Shown here piece after piece: positions 61,707 through 64,000 of a stretch of DNA of 64,000 bases. Position 1 is the stretch's first letter. Every line of letters begins with the position of its first letter. The stretch lies in assembly GCA_002269645.1 (NCBI GenBank), contig NIVC01000907.1, forward strand, positions 248,001-312,000, written 5' to 3'. The notes beneath the pieces are model-generated. The model worked only from the letters and a program-made list of their open reading frames with translations, was not told the DNA's origin and searched no databases. This DNA is from Macrostomum lignano (lineage: Eukaryota). The position numbers and the translations under genes were made by a program.

Positions 61707-62615
61707 ATGGCAGATTCCACTACCTCAGCGTCGGATGTGAGGCTGGAGCTGCAGCAGCAGCGTCACAATAAGCAGCCAAAGCGCCTGGTGTACTTCAGCG
61801 ACGGCGTGCTAGAAGAGTACTCTAGCTCGGACAACGACGAGCTTGTCGGGCCCGACGACGCTCGCCGACCGATGCACACCCGACGCGGCGGCAAAAATTC
61901 GGCCGACTCGCAGCGCATAATCGATCCGCACAGCCTGACCTGGCTGCCCTGGTTCTGGTGAGCTGTGCTGGGCGTACCTGCGCTCCCGTCTGCTGACAAC
62001 TGGTCTTGACTTACCTGACCTTGATCTGACCCTGAATTGACTTGACTTTGATCTGACCCTGAATTGACGTGACCTTGATCTGACCCTGATTTTACCTGAC
62101 CTTGATCTGACCCTGATTTGACATGACCTTGAGCTGACCCTGATTTTACCTGACCTTGATCTGACCCTGATTTTACCTGACCTTGAGCTGACCCTGATTT
62201 TACCTGACCTTGATCTGACCCTGATTTTACCTGACCTTGATCTGATCCTGAATTGACTTGACCTTGATCTGACCCTGAATTGGCTTGACCTTGATATGAC
62301 AGGACCTTGATATGATATGACATTACCTTGACTTAACATCGTCTGACCCGCAGGTACTACAGCTGCCGGCTCGGTCGCGGCCTGCTCCGCTCAGCTGACT
62401 ATTGCGGCGAGCGAGTAGCCTGGTTTCTGGGCATCACAACGCCAAAGTACGGCTATATTATTCGTGAGTTCCACCGCATCAAAGAGGAGGAGGAGAAAGA
62501 GAGGCTGGAGCAGGAGGCAGAACTCGAGGCCAGGCAAAGGTACGAGGCCGAGCAGCAGCAGCAGCAACAACAACAGAGGCAGAAAACTGTGACTGCTTCA
62601 GCTTCAGATTCGTAA
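61707..62615 (+). CDS. FAM177A1: FAM177A1-family protein, 2 exons
   Basis: Exons 61707-61957 and 62354-62615. PKRLVYFSDGVLEEYS, DPHSLTWLPW, DYCGERVAWFLGITTPKYGY. Confidence 0.88.
61985..62345. repeat. 27-bp minisatellite in the FAM177A1 intron
   Basis: GACCTTGATCTGACCCTGATTTTACCT repeats. Confidence 0.9.
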
Positions 62616-63784
62616 AAGCATCGCATTGGACAAAGTTTATCTAAAGATTTTTTGTCTGTCAATCGCAAGGCTAGCAACATAAATTTTATTGGTTAATATT
62701 GTAACAGGTATATTGGTTTTCGCTTTAATTCCTTTATTCCTTGCTTTGTTGAATGCGAAAATGGTTTCAATTTTATCTCCAGACAGCCGGTTTCTCTATA
62801 GTTTCTCTAAGAGGCCAAGAAATTGAGTTACGTTAACTACGATACATATCGGCTATTTTGACCACCGCTGTGATCGGGCTTAAATTTAAGTGAAGCAAAC
62901 AGTAGCTAAATTTTTTTATAAATATAACACCAGTCATCATTTTAAATTTACGCCATGAGTTGCAGCTATTTCTTAATTTAATCGAAAATTTCAAATCTAT
63001 AAAGCAACATACAGCTCCATAAAGTTAACTTTCGATACATATCGGATAAACTTTATGTAAGAAGTTGCATTATATTTAAGCTAATTTTAACCAAATGTAC
63101 GCCTCGTCGGTTGAATTGCTGTCTGTGATAAAAGTGCAATTCTGAAATATTTATTCTGCGATTTCTACCGCCTTAAGTCTCTCTTTGTTTGTCTGCTTTG
63201 TTTTTATATCAAATAAATATGCCAGTTCGTGTCTTCTCAGACGGCTTTCTACTTGTATAAAAAATGCTTAAACATAATTATATTTTTTGTCTTCTAATTG
63301 CTTTTCGTGTTTTGATTTTAAATTAAAAAACAACAAGCAAATCATTCTACTGTAAGTAGAAGTTACTTATACTTATAAATTTTACAAAAACTGTTTTTCT
63401 ATACATATCGGCAACTGACTAAAAAACAAGAATTATGGCTAATACCTCCGATTTTTCTAGCAAATTAGCAAATAATATTTGTACTAATTTTACAGAAAGC
63501 TGTTTGCATCTCAGCTACAATTCACCTGGAAATTGCAGCTGCTTTTAGATTTCAAGATTTGGTTTACTACAACTGCCGTTACGTTTACTTATACTCTATA
63601 GGACGGACTGTTATAAGCTTAGGAATGAGTAGCCATAAGTGTTCCATTTTCAACACGTTAGTATCTCAGTTTTAAAGAGCTTACCGTCTTACTCACCGAT
63701 AAATTTATTTTTAAGTTTGAGTGCTAAGAAAACGTAAGAAATGAGCAAACGTAAAATGGAAATACGAACGGTGGCAAAAATGTT

Positions 63785-63857
63785 TGGCCCTACCCAGGTT
63801 CGAACTGAGGACCTTCTGCGTGTAAAGCAGACGTGATAACCACTACACCACAGGACC
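63785..63857 (-). tRNA. tRNA-Val (TAC)
   Basis: 73-nt cloverleaf GGTCCTG...TAGGGCCA, anticodon arm TCTGC-TT-TAC-AC-GCAGA, A and B boxes, followed by a T5 Pol III terminator. Confidence 0.92.
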
Positions 63858-64000
63858 ACGAAGGAGCAATTTAGTATACGTGTATTTTATTGGTGTCATG
63901 CCACTCTATAAGAGTTTAAATTTTAAGCAATTGAACTAAAGTAAATTTAATTTCAGTTACGACAGATTGTTTCTTTGGTGTGCGCTTTAATCAGAAATTG

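Overview
Eukaryotic (animal) genomic DNA with GC/CpG-rich exons and minisatellite-filled introns. The style resembles the flatworm Macrostomum, but that is inference and cannot be confirmed here. Six host genes can be assembled from splice signals: a centriolin-like coiled-coil gene (+, 765-9741), TMX1-like thioredoxin (+), CDK12/13 (-), ZSWIM2 (-), WDR59 (+, 30599-60245) and FAM177A1 (+). There is also a tRNA-Val(TAC). The dominant feature is a complete 16,718-bp Polinton/Maverick (adintovirus-type) element at 32931-49648, with ~400-bp TIRs and a perfect 6-bp CCCTTC target-site duplication, inserted 24 nt upstream of a WDR59 splice acceptor. It encodes pPolB, integrase, FtsK ATPase, adenain protease, major and minor capsid, GasderminX-like, pX-like and PLA2 proteins. 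It also carries unexplained cargo: an RNase-T2-like mini-ORF embedded in the left TIR only, a five-copy 41-bp palindrome array resembling baculovirus hr origins/enhancers, and a direct-repeat-flanked orphan ORF. Nearly all its frameshifts lie in homopolymer runs, so it may be intact in vivo. A 9-kb AT-rich, CpG-depleted block (about 21.6-30.6 kb) holds decayed piggyBac, LINE and SINE remnants that show direct CpG-to-TpG/CpA erosion.
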